DNA of 42,637 nucleotides from a virus (taxonomy: Duplodnaviria; Caudoviricetes), in IMG/VR virus record IMGVR_UViG_3300033076_000526, positions 1-42,637 of that record. One strand, written 5' to 3'. Each line of letters starts with the position of its first letter. Position 1 is the stretch's first letter. The position numbers and the translations under genes were made by a program. The notes beneath the pieces were generated by a model, which worked only from the letters and a program-made list of their open reading frames with translations, did not search any database and had not been told where the DNA came from. Of the stretch, positions 29,901-37,900 are shown piece by piece.

Positions 29901-31941
29901 TTACATTATAGTTATAAGTAGTTTCTCCGTTTGACTGTACTTCAGTTACACTACTAACTTTAGCTTTAATAGACTTTTCTGGAGCAAATAAGATTTCCTC
30001 CACCATCTTGTCCTTAAACTTACGTACCTCAGATCTATTATCTACTGGTTCTTCATTAGTACCTGCAACTTCAGCTACTATAGTATTAGGTGCAGCAAAC
30101 TTGATATAAGAGTTGAATAATGGTAAACCACCTTTCTTACCTAAGAATATTTCTGCTCCCTGTTGTTTTAGGAAATCATGATAGCTCTTTTCTACAATTT
30201 CACCATTTACATAATCGGAGTATGTACCTTGTTTAATTAAGTCTCTGCTATAGTCAAACTTTGCAGGGAATCTATCTCCTTTTGCAGATGATTTACCATG
30301 CATTAAAACATAAACTATATCTTTAAGAGCTCCTTCTCTTGGAGAAGTTAAGTCAATTTGTTTAACAGGATTATTTTCTAAACTAATGCCCTTGGCACCC
30401 ATCTCCTGTTTAGTAAACTTATAGTATTCAAATGTTAGAACTCCAGTATCTTTATCAAAATATACTTGATGTCTTCTTGTTTTATTAGGTACATCAACTA
30501 TTTCTTCTGCATAAAACTGTGAATAGAGTTTGAACTTTTCATTTGCTGAAAGATCCTTTGAGGTTAATATCTGACCAATCTTATCAGCAAGTTCCTGCTG
30601 AACATCAGCTCTATCTAGAGCATATACTTGATCAATACCATCTCCAAGAGTAATGTAAGCTTCTCCTTTTCCAATACCATATGCTGGAGTATCTAGTATC
30701 CTAATACTATTTAGTATTTCAGTTGCAAGTTCTGCATAAAGAGAGTCTATCTGGTTTAACTTAATATTCTGCTTTATAGATTTATTTGCAACACCTCTAC
30801 TTGCACCTGTAATAGTAAGTTTAAGCTTTTCACCTTTAATTAGTTTTTGTCTTAGATTAAAGAGTTGTTTAGCTTCTTCCTGTTGTTGTTCTCTTACTTC
30901 TTCAACTAGATCTTTAAATGACCTACCGGTTTGTTTTTCATAGTCAACTTTTGAAGTATAACCCATCTCTTTGTAACGGAGATTAGCTTCTTCAGCCGGA
31001 GTAATTATTTTTTCATAACCATACATGTTGGTTACTACATAACCATCCTTAGTTTCTCTTACATCTCTTAATGTTTGATAGACTAGTTTGCCAGTTTTTT
31101 TATCTGCTATATCTCCTACTTCATTAAAGTAAATTGGATTACCAGCTCTATCAGATACTACTAACAAGAATACTTCACTTGGGAGTGATACATTTCCTGT
31201 TCCTGTTCCTGCTTTGTTGATAGAATTCATTTTGGCCAATAGAGCACTGAGTTCATCAGTCATTTGATCTGCAGGTAATCTGTTTAAAGCAACCGGAACA
31301 AGAGTTATTTCTTGACCTTGATATACTGGGTTACCTAGTGTACTATCAAAATTATATGTTGCATTATAGATTCTAGAAATTGTATTGTAGATTCTAAGTT
31401 TATCCTTATCAATTATTTCTACAGTCTCTGCAGTTTTTGTTTTAGGATCAAGAGTTAAGAACTCAATACCTGTTGATGAGAATATAGTTCTACTCTTTAG
31501 AGCAATATCACCTATCTCAGTAGCTCTAGCCTCTGGAGTACTTTCAGTATCTGTTCCAGTTGGTGTATTTGCTGTATAGTTTGCTTTTGCTTTAAGCTGT
31601 TCCGGTGTCATTGGTGCAAGACCCAGATAATCTTCAATAGCATTTAAACCTGTCTCAGCATTTCTAAAAGCTCTTGTTATTTCTCTAAGTCTTTCAATGG
31701 GCATGTTCAACTTAAGATCACCACCTAGTTGTGCTTCCACACTACCTATAACATAAGGTACTTGTTGAATATACTGTAGTGCAACATCTTTACCTTGTGC
31801 TTTTTCAAAACCATTATACAAATAGTTGATATAAGCATCTACATTGAATACTTCTCCCTCAGGAGTAGTAAGCATTTTCTTATAGACAGCATCTAAAAGC
31901 TTAATAATATTATCACGACCAAGAGTACAAGTAATTGCCAT
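20917..31941 (-). CDS. giant single-chain virion RNA polymerase (two-barrel, crAss-like) with accessory domains, 3674 aa
   Basis: RIPVQG...LPTEIVAKSGGDYDVDKL catalytic DxDxD (24436-24450), EADGQGY, FESGSKVG, STQLRK, GEPLVQ; HEAWH...EEMLAE zincin-like domain upstream. Confidence 0.92.
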   Translation of the reverse strand: MAITCTLGRDNIIKLLDAVYKKMLTTPEGEVFNVDAYINYLYNGFEKAQGKDVALQYIQQVPYVIGSVEAQLGGDLKLNMPIERLREITRAFRNAETGLNAIEDYLGLAPMTPEQLKAKANYTANTPTGTDTESTPEARATEIGDIALKSRTIFSSTGIEFLTLDPKTKTAETVEIIDKDKLRIYNTISRIYNATYNFDSTLGNPVYQGQEITLVPVALNRLPADQMTDELSALLAKMNSINKAGTGTGNVSLPSEVFLLVVSDRAGNPIYFNEVGDIADKKTGKLVYQTLRDVRETKDGYVVTNMYGYEKIITPAEEANLRYKEMGYTSKVDYEKQTGRSFKDLVEEVREQQQEEAKQLFNLRQKLIKGEKLKLTITGASRGVANKSIKQNIKLNQIDSLYAELATEILNSIRILDTPAYGIGKGEAYITLGDGIDQVYALDRADVQQELADKIGQILTSKDLSANEKFKLYSQFYAEEIVDVPNKTRRHQVYFDKDTGVLTFEYYKFTKQEMGAKGISLENNPVKQIDLTSPREGALKDIVYVLMHGKSSAKGDRFPAKFDYSRDLIKQGTYSDYVNGEIVEKSYHDFLKQQGAEIFLGKKGGLPLFNSYIKFAAPNTIVAEVAGTNEEPVDNRSEVRKFKDKMVEEILFAPEKSIKAKVSSVTEVQSNGETTYNYNVTIEGQEGTHRFYGSPARVNVGDTYYLTVEDVIDNGFLYKDVVKARVESQKSGILDMGSLGETDFKANEPGREPIPVQTVTAAKEVQRENLEEVKPFSNTVTEEQAAIGDVNLTNPQNTVQPEDASDISDLINSFELDRSTKLPNGVTAAQVEKAINWWSSSPLSQYIKLIQAANIVNSDVYAKFVAAGARLITDKNLDLDGKMGAIIINPTTGGTMVDAYHEAWHVFSQLFLTKEEKKALYDEVRKLKPEYAKLSSREVEEMLAEDFRSYALNPKIIKGQPKRNSLFRKILNFLKKLFKINPSTADLIRNEELATEGVAGELFQNLYFASKNPALLNNYSPLIDNVLLDDLNRGIQLSSNKDEDALTDYDSAIAIESIDSLLAEVTDATFKSKGALDASVSIITNEENKAKFFNFAKQRFEKQIKDIQAKLEVKPAKPFNSFEALQDLEDNAIAILRTTKGDDKYVFLRGQVEDFNNLDLNTKGGERIKGELFGGVVEVIGDYFNHNKIKGANDRGAGVIIVNTIEEAQAQFDAYAKAQEKLDKESRSYTNIELFPDRTINAFEVNYDQGQLLDNLRILQSMVNNWENTIKYFTKNSAFNIMTKKITVKMQEDDPTDEAQTDPTKAQTFDKTYDVNLLDIADKEVVYILKSLFAVARDNSGRPVYQYNKLGYRKLANYKKVWNAVVRATNSTKDPQEMYKSIVNAVATYPELQQLVESRLPNPQLVGAEGYTGNVSRAFDITTSFWSVFSLPRVPYMQLTVFKDGNNVTGVEVTNAATDIGNTIRKFENNFASRLDSYFTRRDENNRTVLKLGAVVNAFSDKAGNFISGKEFEFLNAIGFSLDDIGKIKTALSSPTNKEIFGIDYIFKTVKDLYEAEAAGSMTNEARRFLNDFISKPITTLKRGVEPGIVGLRNSFLFTRGSKQTQIDRIVELQNKFGAASSTFSVQNPEKNRVNEHVNDSTLTVIADGINTSKMRTDMYKFGKTTRHLDPKINPFAEVSLALKSMFLPEGQQRQGRSISVEIVAGTQTVSEDALTTGSNTTSLDYRGKLLQEFHTFLKSGRVELMRPGSKSSSFGWRVNGGIVTGAVAKKDSHLYVDIDDLLPNTANENDVIQNLILPYLSAEVKRINIYKTDPEAKKYIGYNTPTADGKASGESFNFFDGILTKDLQNEILEKVTNPGTKLSEYLKTDEELAKKIKAQIKGYFTNKTNELYKKLDSGKFIDSALMDRLNLENLTTVQKEQILTKAYFYNYWIHNVETSILFLGDIAQYNHAKQELHKRISGLISNGPRIRTDIAAQNFTKILAETSYAKSLGINTIAYEGYVNTAIMQEITRESIYIDEIRKGLTADYEKRYKNRNIPNKEQLIKERVDKEVEKYTKKEIKEADGQGYITFDAYRMLKKLQNKWSEAQENLYQKIVKGDTITTSDIIEMFPVYKLQNFGFVEGTVLPVTAMHKFALMPLIPSMIKGSQLENLHRQMMEKNVYYATFESGSKVGAVTSDGKADQIFEDKDQRVLKTDIKFTINSINAGFLKEAASVNSKYKGEVVFSTQLRKLILSGLYQHGQLIDPKNAPIVNKYESTVDFYTELLKYELLEEIGYNKDGKNLIGKPDKFLKLIQDNLELKDYPSHLLRQLKTNKDGTLNGDLSYFIDRKTIEKTILSIVEKRFVRQYVKGEPLVQVAGSLSDGLLTGVQEFKKPTDAERKQFMGSNNLPFYSTTGGKTTAMKVAIALQGDFNNLLNLKDTDGKPIQTRERLNEMLKNEDWLNTDDNRKKVTLAAVRIPVQGHNSMEFMEVYEFLDPAAGNLIMLPTEIVAKSGGDYDVDKLTTFFPNIDKEGNYVTSKTANDKFFETVSKIKGSKEKAIQLQKKAVQNEFIDSIRSILEMPENYANLIRPNDTYILKDLADELQDDVSTYDKFTKQNGEVNMKGSKKMISPTTTLEPLYNLSKHEENLVGKAVLGIAASENALSPLFDAAGGKLPTTYDSTVYVNGRYVKDTKNPETYQMRLLLPHNKVGDNISLSDVYSADGVDRISDVYSQGMNGWVDVEKDEWIFYIQGNYEIAPTFLYLIKAGVPVRDAVYFVSQPMIREYAEQQRLLGSDYGSILGVAPKQPSYTKYQSAKNVVEKYTSKYLAAIMDSVRPDQTFNVEFRSIKYPERAKPLVTNYNKRQLALEIQKGNINPLEIMRVYQTRGPKQIDIYFAPDLRNKTFMNSATFASSKAERVDGSFGTKMMKDIISKKDVNTLSNQEVIAEMAMFMHFYEIQKQLMGLSALKRRAKPDTTTFRNFQEIYLRDVDIDALDENSKLDKEFKDRVLTESIVSSLFDKSIITDIAAPMMDLVNNPITNEAIKDIIANRNIAETFGPGTDGVVKFVDSYKDAIVTFIFQNYLTNSVDPKGNIITDAKTYRGVKVTNSKSLNDDAVYTPEGITINLDNIKRDFADKVYLVSSESGVSYKNRDGLKPFNNTEDPFTTEEQYIKYVLERAYLQVQGLKDLELNQVALMNVFNPTALTKNTEYSFTKMVLDIIDEYPGLKNEFPVLEQLSGRASKNNTYLITLNDRDVLDGASKDQYASNIRALGNLRIEKVRGEGNLKISRIFNMLPLVAVYQHGHGITSFGLEQVLPQDKIRIATENAGNLFKVNYWNKTYLDVIYDKLETETKQKNLFKNFLLSPTIFSNPDLVETSTAIDTVDPEETIVATELPAPTEVEEVEQIEETEVEQPIEDLTSKPEPTLPSIPMMQESIEGILKGTKVIISGTSRFENGNYITPQGNTVKLTYLGEATVDPKTDIVTITNESTGLVTTRTLDQFAKAEGYKDAADFKKRSILSQSLIQGKRSRFVYQVQPVSDVTAIREVAPDAPVTGSISSESNPEVTEFNTYLAENNNKYPKEFNTSNGRRYILNENNLYDLVSPDGKTMYLRNMDLKTGKIQSVFEVVMSATKERKDQAIKDINDMIIFMDLDLRMAEDGYSIYQLMEDINSATTMDQIEKIEEIIRKYTC

Positions 31942-31944
31942 TGA

Positions 31945-34900
31945 TTAACAAATTGGGAAAGTAAATACATCAGTTTCTAAATCTTCAAGCTTAGCATCTT
32001 TAATTCTATCCTCAACATTATTAATTTCTTTTTTAATAACGTCTTGTGCTAGATCAGTGCTTTCTTTCAGAATAGTTTGTTGTTCTGGTGTTGCTTTTGC
32101 AACAGGTGCTTTAGGTTTAACTGCTGTACTCATTTCTGTTGAATCTTGTAACTGTTTGAAAGTAATAAAGATACTGCTATTTCTATTAACTTTTCCTATA
32201 TTAACACCTTTATCTGTAATAGATTTTATAACTATAGGATCTCCTTTAAGTGCCCAGAAATGTCCTTCTTCATCAGATAATGTTTCAGTTACAATTCTAT
32301 TAGCATATTGCTCTCTAGGAATTCCGTTTCTTATAATATACTCAATTTCTGCTTTGGGTAGTAGATCAATTGTAGTATTTGAATAACCCATTTGATTTAA
32401 TTGTTGTCTGAGTTCTTTTTGTATATCAGTTGCTACCTTAATTCCTGTAGTTGCTTGCGGTGAGTCTTGAACACTTTCAGCAGTAGATTTTTGTTCTACT
32501 AGTACAGCATTACCCACAGCATCTTGTGGTGTTATTTCAAGCCCTTTTAGTAAATCAATTGTATTACTAGAAGTATCTCCACCAGCATAGTCAAGAGCTA
32601 TTGGCATGATACCAAGCATTTTAGCTTTTAAGCCATGAGTATTGTTCAATAGAATTCTGTATAATGATAGTTGCTCAGTATGCTTTTGACGGTTACTCTT
32701 ACCAAATTTATTAGATTCATATTTAACTCTTGAGTCTCCAGTATATGTCTCAGCAAATTGATTCCCTCTCATAGTTTTGATATCATAGATTCTTATGTCT
32801 CCATTTACATCAAAAGTTAATAAGTCTACAGTACCTGCAACACCAAGATCATCATTGTATAGTACAACATTATTAGCTAAAACTATTTCACCTTTATCAT
32901 CAAGAGTTCTTTTAATTTCTTCTAGTCTAGTTCTAAGTTTTTCAATTTCTTCTACCGGTGCAAAGTTGTACTTGGAGATATCTTTTACTTTACCAGAGAA
33001 GAAGTCTCTAATAAAGTCATCAACCTTAGTACCAATGATTTGAGAAGAAGCCATTATAAGTTTTCTATTAACATCTTCAGGTTTATAACCTTGATCAGTT
33101 AATCTTTTTCTGTATTCTTCTATGCTCTCATTTGGTAGAATAGGATCTTTAATGTCTTCTTCTTTAGTATAGCTTGTTACACGCTGGTATTCTTTTCCAG
33201 TTTTAGTATTTACATACTTAGTACCATCCTCAGATAGTTTTATAAATGATGCATTTCTTAATACATCTCTTATAACAGATCTTACTGACTCCAGTTTTTC
33301 TTCTTGTGGTGTAAGTGGTCTACCAACTCTTTCACTTGTTAAAGCATTCTCAAGATCAGCAATATCAGCTAAAGAAAAAGTAGAAAGAATAGTTGTTTGT
33401 TCTTCTTGTTCAAATACCTCTTCAACAGTTTGAGTTCTTACTTCTGTAGGTACCGGACTTTTAATTTCTCCACTAGTTAATGGTTCTCTAATAGTTTCTT
33501 CTACAACTGGATCAAGAAGTTCACTTAGATATCTAATCTGATCTTGGTATTTTTGGAGAGCTCCTTCTAGTTCAAGCATTCTGTTTTGCTCTTGCTCTCT
33601 TACCTCATCAATAAATTCTACACTATCCATAGTATTATTGATGTCTCTTTCAAGTTTACTTACTTGTCTCTTTACATCAGCATAGTCATCAACTGTCATC
33701 TTACTTATTTCATCTGTTGCTTTTATAAGAGCTCCCAGTTCCTCTGTTGATAGTTCTCTAAACCCTGTTGTTTTTTTGAGCTTAGATAAAGCAGAGTTCT
33801 GTTTCTTCCAGATGTTTAAGTATTCTTTTATATATTCAAGAGATTTAGAAATAGCACCTCTCAGAATTTCAATTAATTTCTGAATAGTGTTCATCTTTTT
33901 CTCAATCTTTTGGATCTTATTTCTAATATCAGTTTTAGTAAACAGATCAAATTTTGGATCAGCTAATAAGTTTCTGTAGTAATCTGCTTGTTTTTTAAGA
34001 TCTCTCTTTATAGCATTTAGTTGTTCTTGTTGCTGTTTTAGTTCACGAACTCTGTTCATGATATCATTTGCAATAGAAAACTCTCTTCTCAGTTGTTGCT
34101 TATACATACGTGATCTTTCCTTAATCTTACCAGATTGTTTTTTCTGATTAGCTTTAAGTAGTTGAGCAGTAGTTTTATCCAACTGTTCAATTTTATTAAT
34201 TAAGTCTTCTACTTGTACACCAGTCAACTCAACTGTATTATCAAGTAGTTGTTGTAAGTAATCTAGTGTGTCAGATATTTCTGATTCTTCTTTTTCAATC
34301 AGTTTCTTTTTCTCATCAACAAGATCAATTCTTCTTTGTAGTGCTTGTTCTGCCAGTTGTCTACGTTTAGCAGTTTCAGCTGCAAGTCCTTCTACCTCTG
34401 AAGACACTTCATCTTCAATCTCTTCAGTATCTCTATCAAGAGCTTCTACATCATCAATATATCTTTTTAGATAAGAAATATTAATTTCATCTAATAGAAG
34501 TTCTTCTCTCTCTTCATTTGTAAGATCATTCTTTGGTTTAGCATTAAATTGAGATTGAAGATCAGCAAGAATTCTTTTTGCTTCATCTATGCTTACTGCA
34601 GCCATATCTACTTCTTTACCGTTGTAGATAATCACAGGTGGTATTACATTTAATACTTTTTCCTCAAGTTTTTTAGCTTGCATTTCTGCATTATAAACTT
34701 CAATTACTTGTTTAGCTCTAGAGTTTTCTCTTACAAATTCTTCAAATTTTTCAAGAAGTTCCTCATCAGTTAATCTACTATAAACATCTATTAATGGTTC
34801 TCCATTTTTATCTTTGTTAACATAGTTTCCATCTTTATCTTTTTCTGCTAAAAAGTCATTGAACTCAACTTGTAAATCTGTATACAAGCTTCTATCTAGT

Positions 34901-37900
34901 TGTTCAATTGGAGTATTTATAGTAAAAGGAACAAACTCTTGTCTTTCAACTTGTGGTGTAGATTCAATATCATCAATAGCTCTACGGAGAACTTCTTCTC
35001 TCTTCTCAGCAAATTTGTTCTTGATCTTTTGTGCCTCTAGGGCATCAGCTGGAACCATCTCAAGTGTGAATAGTTTACCATCTATAATATCATAATCAAG
35101 TTGAGTTGGATCAATTACTTCACCATTTTTGTTATCAAATTTAAACTGTTCTCCGTCTCTATATACTATGATCTCATTAGGTTGTCCATCTACTAAATAG
35201 AATGCTGAGAGAGTGTCTCCACTTTGTATCTGATTCAAAACTTCAGATAGCTTTACACTTTCTTTACCTAATTTATCAAGGTCTCCTTTTTCTTTTCTCT
35301 TTTCTACTTGAGGTAATGCACTGAGTTCTTCCTGTTCTTGTGCGGATAATTGAGAGAGTTCAAGAAGTACTCTTTCATTTATATTTCTTTTAGATTTTGG
35401 ATTGAACTCTTTTAATCTTACAGCTTGCATAAATAAAGCTGCATATTGATCATATTCAGGGTTACCTCTTCTAATAACTACTTTTCTACTATCATCATAG
35501 AATTCATCTGGAATTCTATTATTTCTACGGAACTCATAGATATCATCTGCACTTACATATACATTCCTATCTGCAAGTTCATTTAATAGAGCATTTAATT
35601 CAATGTCACTTAGTTCTTGTTGCACTAAAGAGTCATAGTATTCTTTTCTGTTTTCATAGGCTTTAGTCATCCACTCAAAGTTTCTCTCTACATGATTCAT
35701 GAACTCTTGTGGATTGTATAGTAAGTTTACATACTTATTTAAAACAGATGCTTCTCTACCTAACTTATATCTATCAAGTATATATTCAAATGCTTCATCA
35801 GCATTTCTTTCTAAGTACTCATCTTTGTTTACATCAGAAATAGCTTTTAAGTATTCTTTATATGATAGTTCTAAATCTGATTCTGCTCTTGTAGTATTTT
35901 GATCAGTTTTTTCTTTGACATTAAGTCTCTTACGGATAAGTTCTCTAGTTCTATCTTCTGCTTCTTGCTCATCTAGAACAACACCATCTTCTATTATATT
36001 CTTAAATGCTCCCTGCTCACGCATGCTAGCAATCTTAGATTCTAATTCAGCATTATCATATCTATAGTAGTAATCAACTTTCTTTTGTAAGTCTTGCATA
36101 GCAGCCAAGATTCTTTCTTTTTTCTTAAGTTCTGCAGCAGATACTAAACCCTTACTAGATTCAATTTCTGTTTTTAGCATTCCTATTTCAGAAGGTATTC
36201 TATCTGTGTCAAGAAGAACCATTAGCTCTGTGTCTGACATTTTAGAAAGTGGCTTCTTAGCTCTTAGAACAGATGTTATTTGATCCATTCTCTTCTTTGC
36301 ATTTTTATGAGTTTGTCCTAAAAATATAGCATTATTTTTAGCTGTTCTCCATGCAGATAAGTATACAGCAGCTTTATTATATGCCTCTGTACCTTTCTTA
36401 TAGCCTGATATATCTATTGGGTCTGGATATCTATCATTGATTTCATTGAAGTCTGATTGGATCTCATCCATTCTCTGTAATACAGAATCAATCTTGTTAA
36501 GATATTTTTCTCCTTGACCCTTTTCAAGTTTCATTGCATCTTCAAACTCTTCTGCAGTTAAGTTCTTATAAGAACCAACTTGTTCTCTAAATGCATCAAA
36601 TGAGTTTGTTGTCATTGCTGTTATTACAGCTGAAGTAAATGCATCATCATTTGCATCAATTGTAAGCTTTCTAGAGCCAGTTGCTTTTGTTTTACCAGCT
36701 TGTTCTTGAATTGCTAAGTTCAATAATCTTTGATCAAATACTTTTAAAGGATCTTTAAATAATTGAGTATTTAATGTAGCTGCTAGTTGTTCACCATATT
36801 TGTGTTTAGTATCTAAATACTTTTGATACTCTTCAGTTTTAAACATTTTGTTATAACCCTTAGACACAAATCCAGGGATCATGTTTAGACCACCTCCAAA
36901 TATCCCCATTACAAAACCTGTTGCAAAAGTTTCAAAACCTTTATCTGTAAATGGATTTTGTTCAGCCCAAGCATCAGAATAATATGAGAACTTACTTCTC
37001 ATACCGTTTGTTTGTGCAGCTCTTGCAAATAGATGACTTCTTACAGCATCACTTTTGTATAGGTCTATGTAATAGTTTTCTGTAGCTTGTGCAATAGTTT
37101 CCTGAGCATTTTCTTGAAGACCCTCTACAATATTTGCTTTGGTATATGTTCCAAGAGCTCCTAGTGTTTTACGTACTGGGGCTTCTTTAAAGGCTTTCAG
37201 ACCTTCCTTAAAACTATTTTTAATATACTTTGCCTCAGCTTGAATAGCTTTGCCACCAGCAATTTGTGTTGCTTCAGCAACTATTTTTCCTTCAGCAGTA
37301 GCCATTAATTCAGCAGTCTTACCTTGTAGTAATCTGCGCATGCCACCACTTGGCTTTAATATATTATTAAAGGTTATGTTATTAGATAAAAAGACTAATC
37401 CTGTATTCCATGCAATTGTTTCACTAGAGGCATCTCTTGCCATCTTGCGCATGTCATAATCTTCTTTATCTGAAGGGGCTTTACCATTTTTTTCCCAGTA
37501 CTCATTGTATAGTCTGTCATAAATACTATTCTCCACTAAACCTCCTTCAAGTCTACCTTCAGAGAATGCAGCGTTAAGATTTCTTACGTCAGCATAGAAA
37601 CCACCGGCTGTTTTAGATAGTTTTGCAAGACCTGTTAGATTGTCAAACTTACCTAACTTAGAAACATTACTAACTGCTTCAAAAGTATTAGATAAAGGAT
37701 TAAAGAATTTACCGGCAGGACTATTTGCAGCTTTCCAGAATGTTCTAGCTGCTTGTGTATTTTTCAAACTACTTAAAGCTTTACCAGCAACATTAGCAAC
37801 TCTATCCATATAGAAGGCTTGTGAGAAACCTTTGCCTATCCTAGATAAGTTACTGGCTGTTCTAGTTGCTGCAACAGCACCACCAAAACCACCAGATAAC

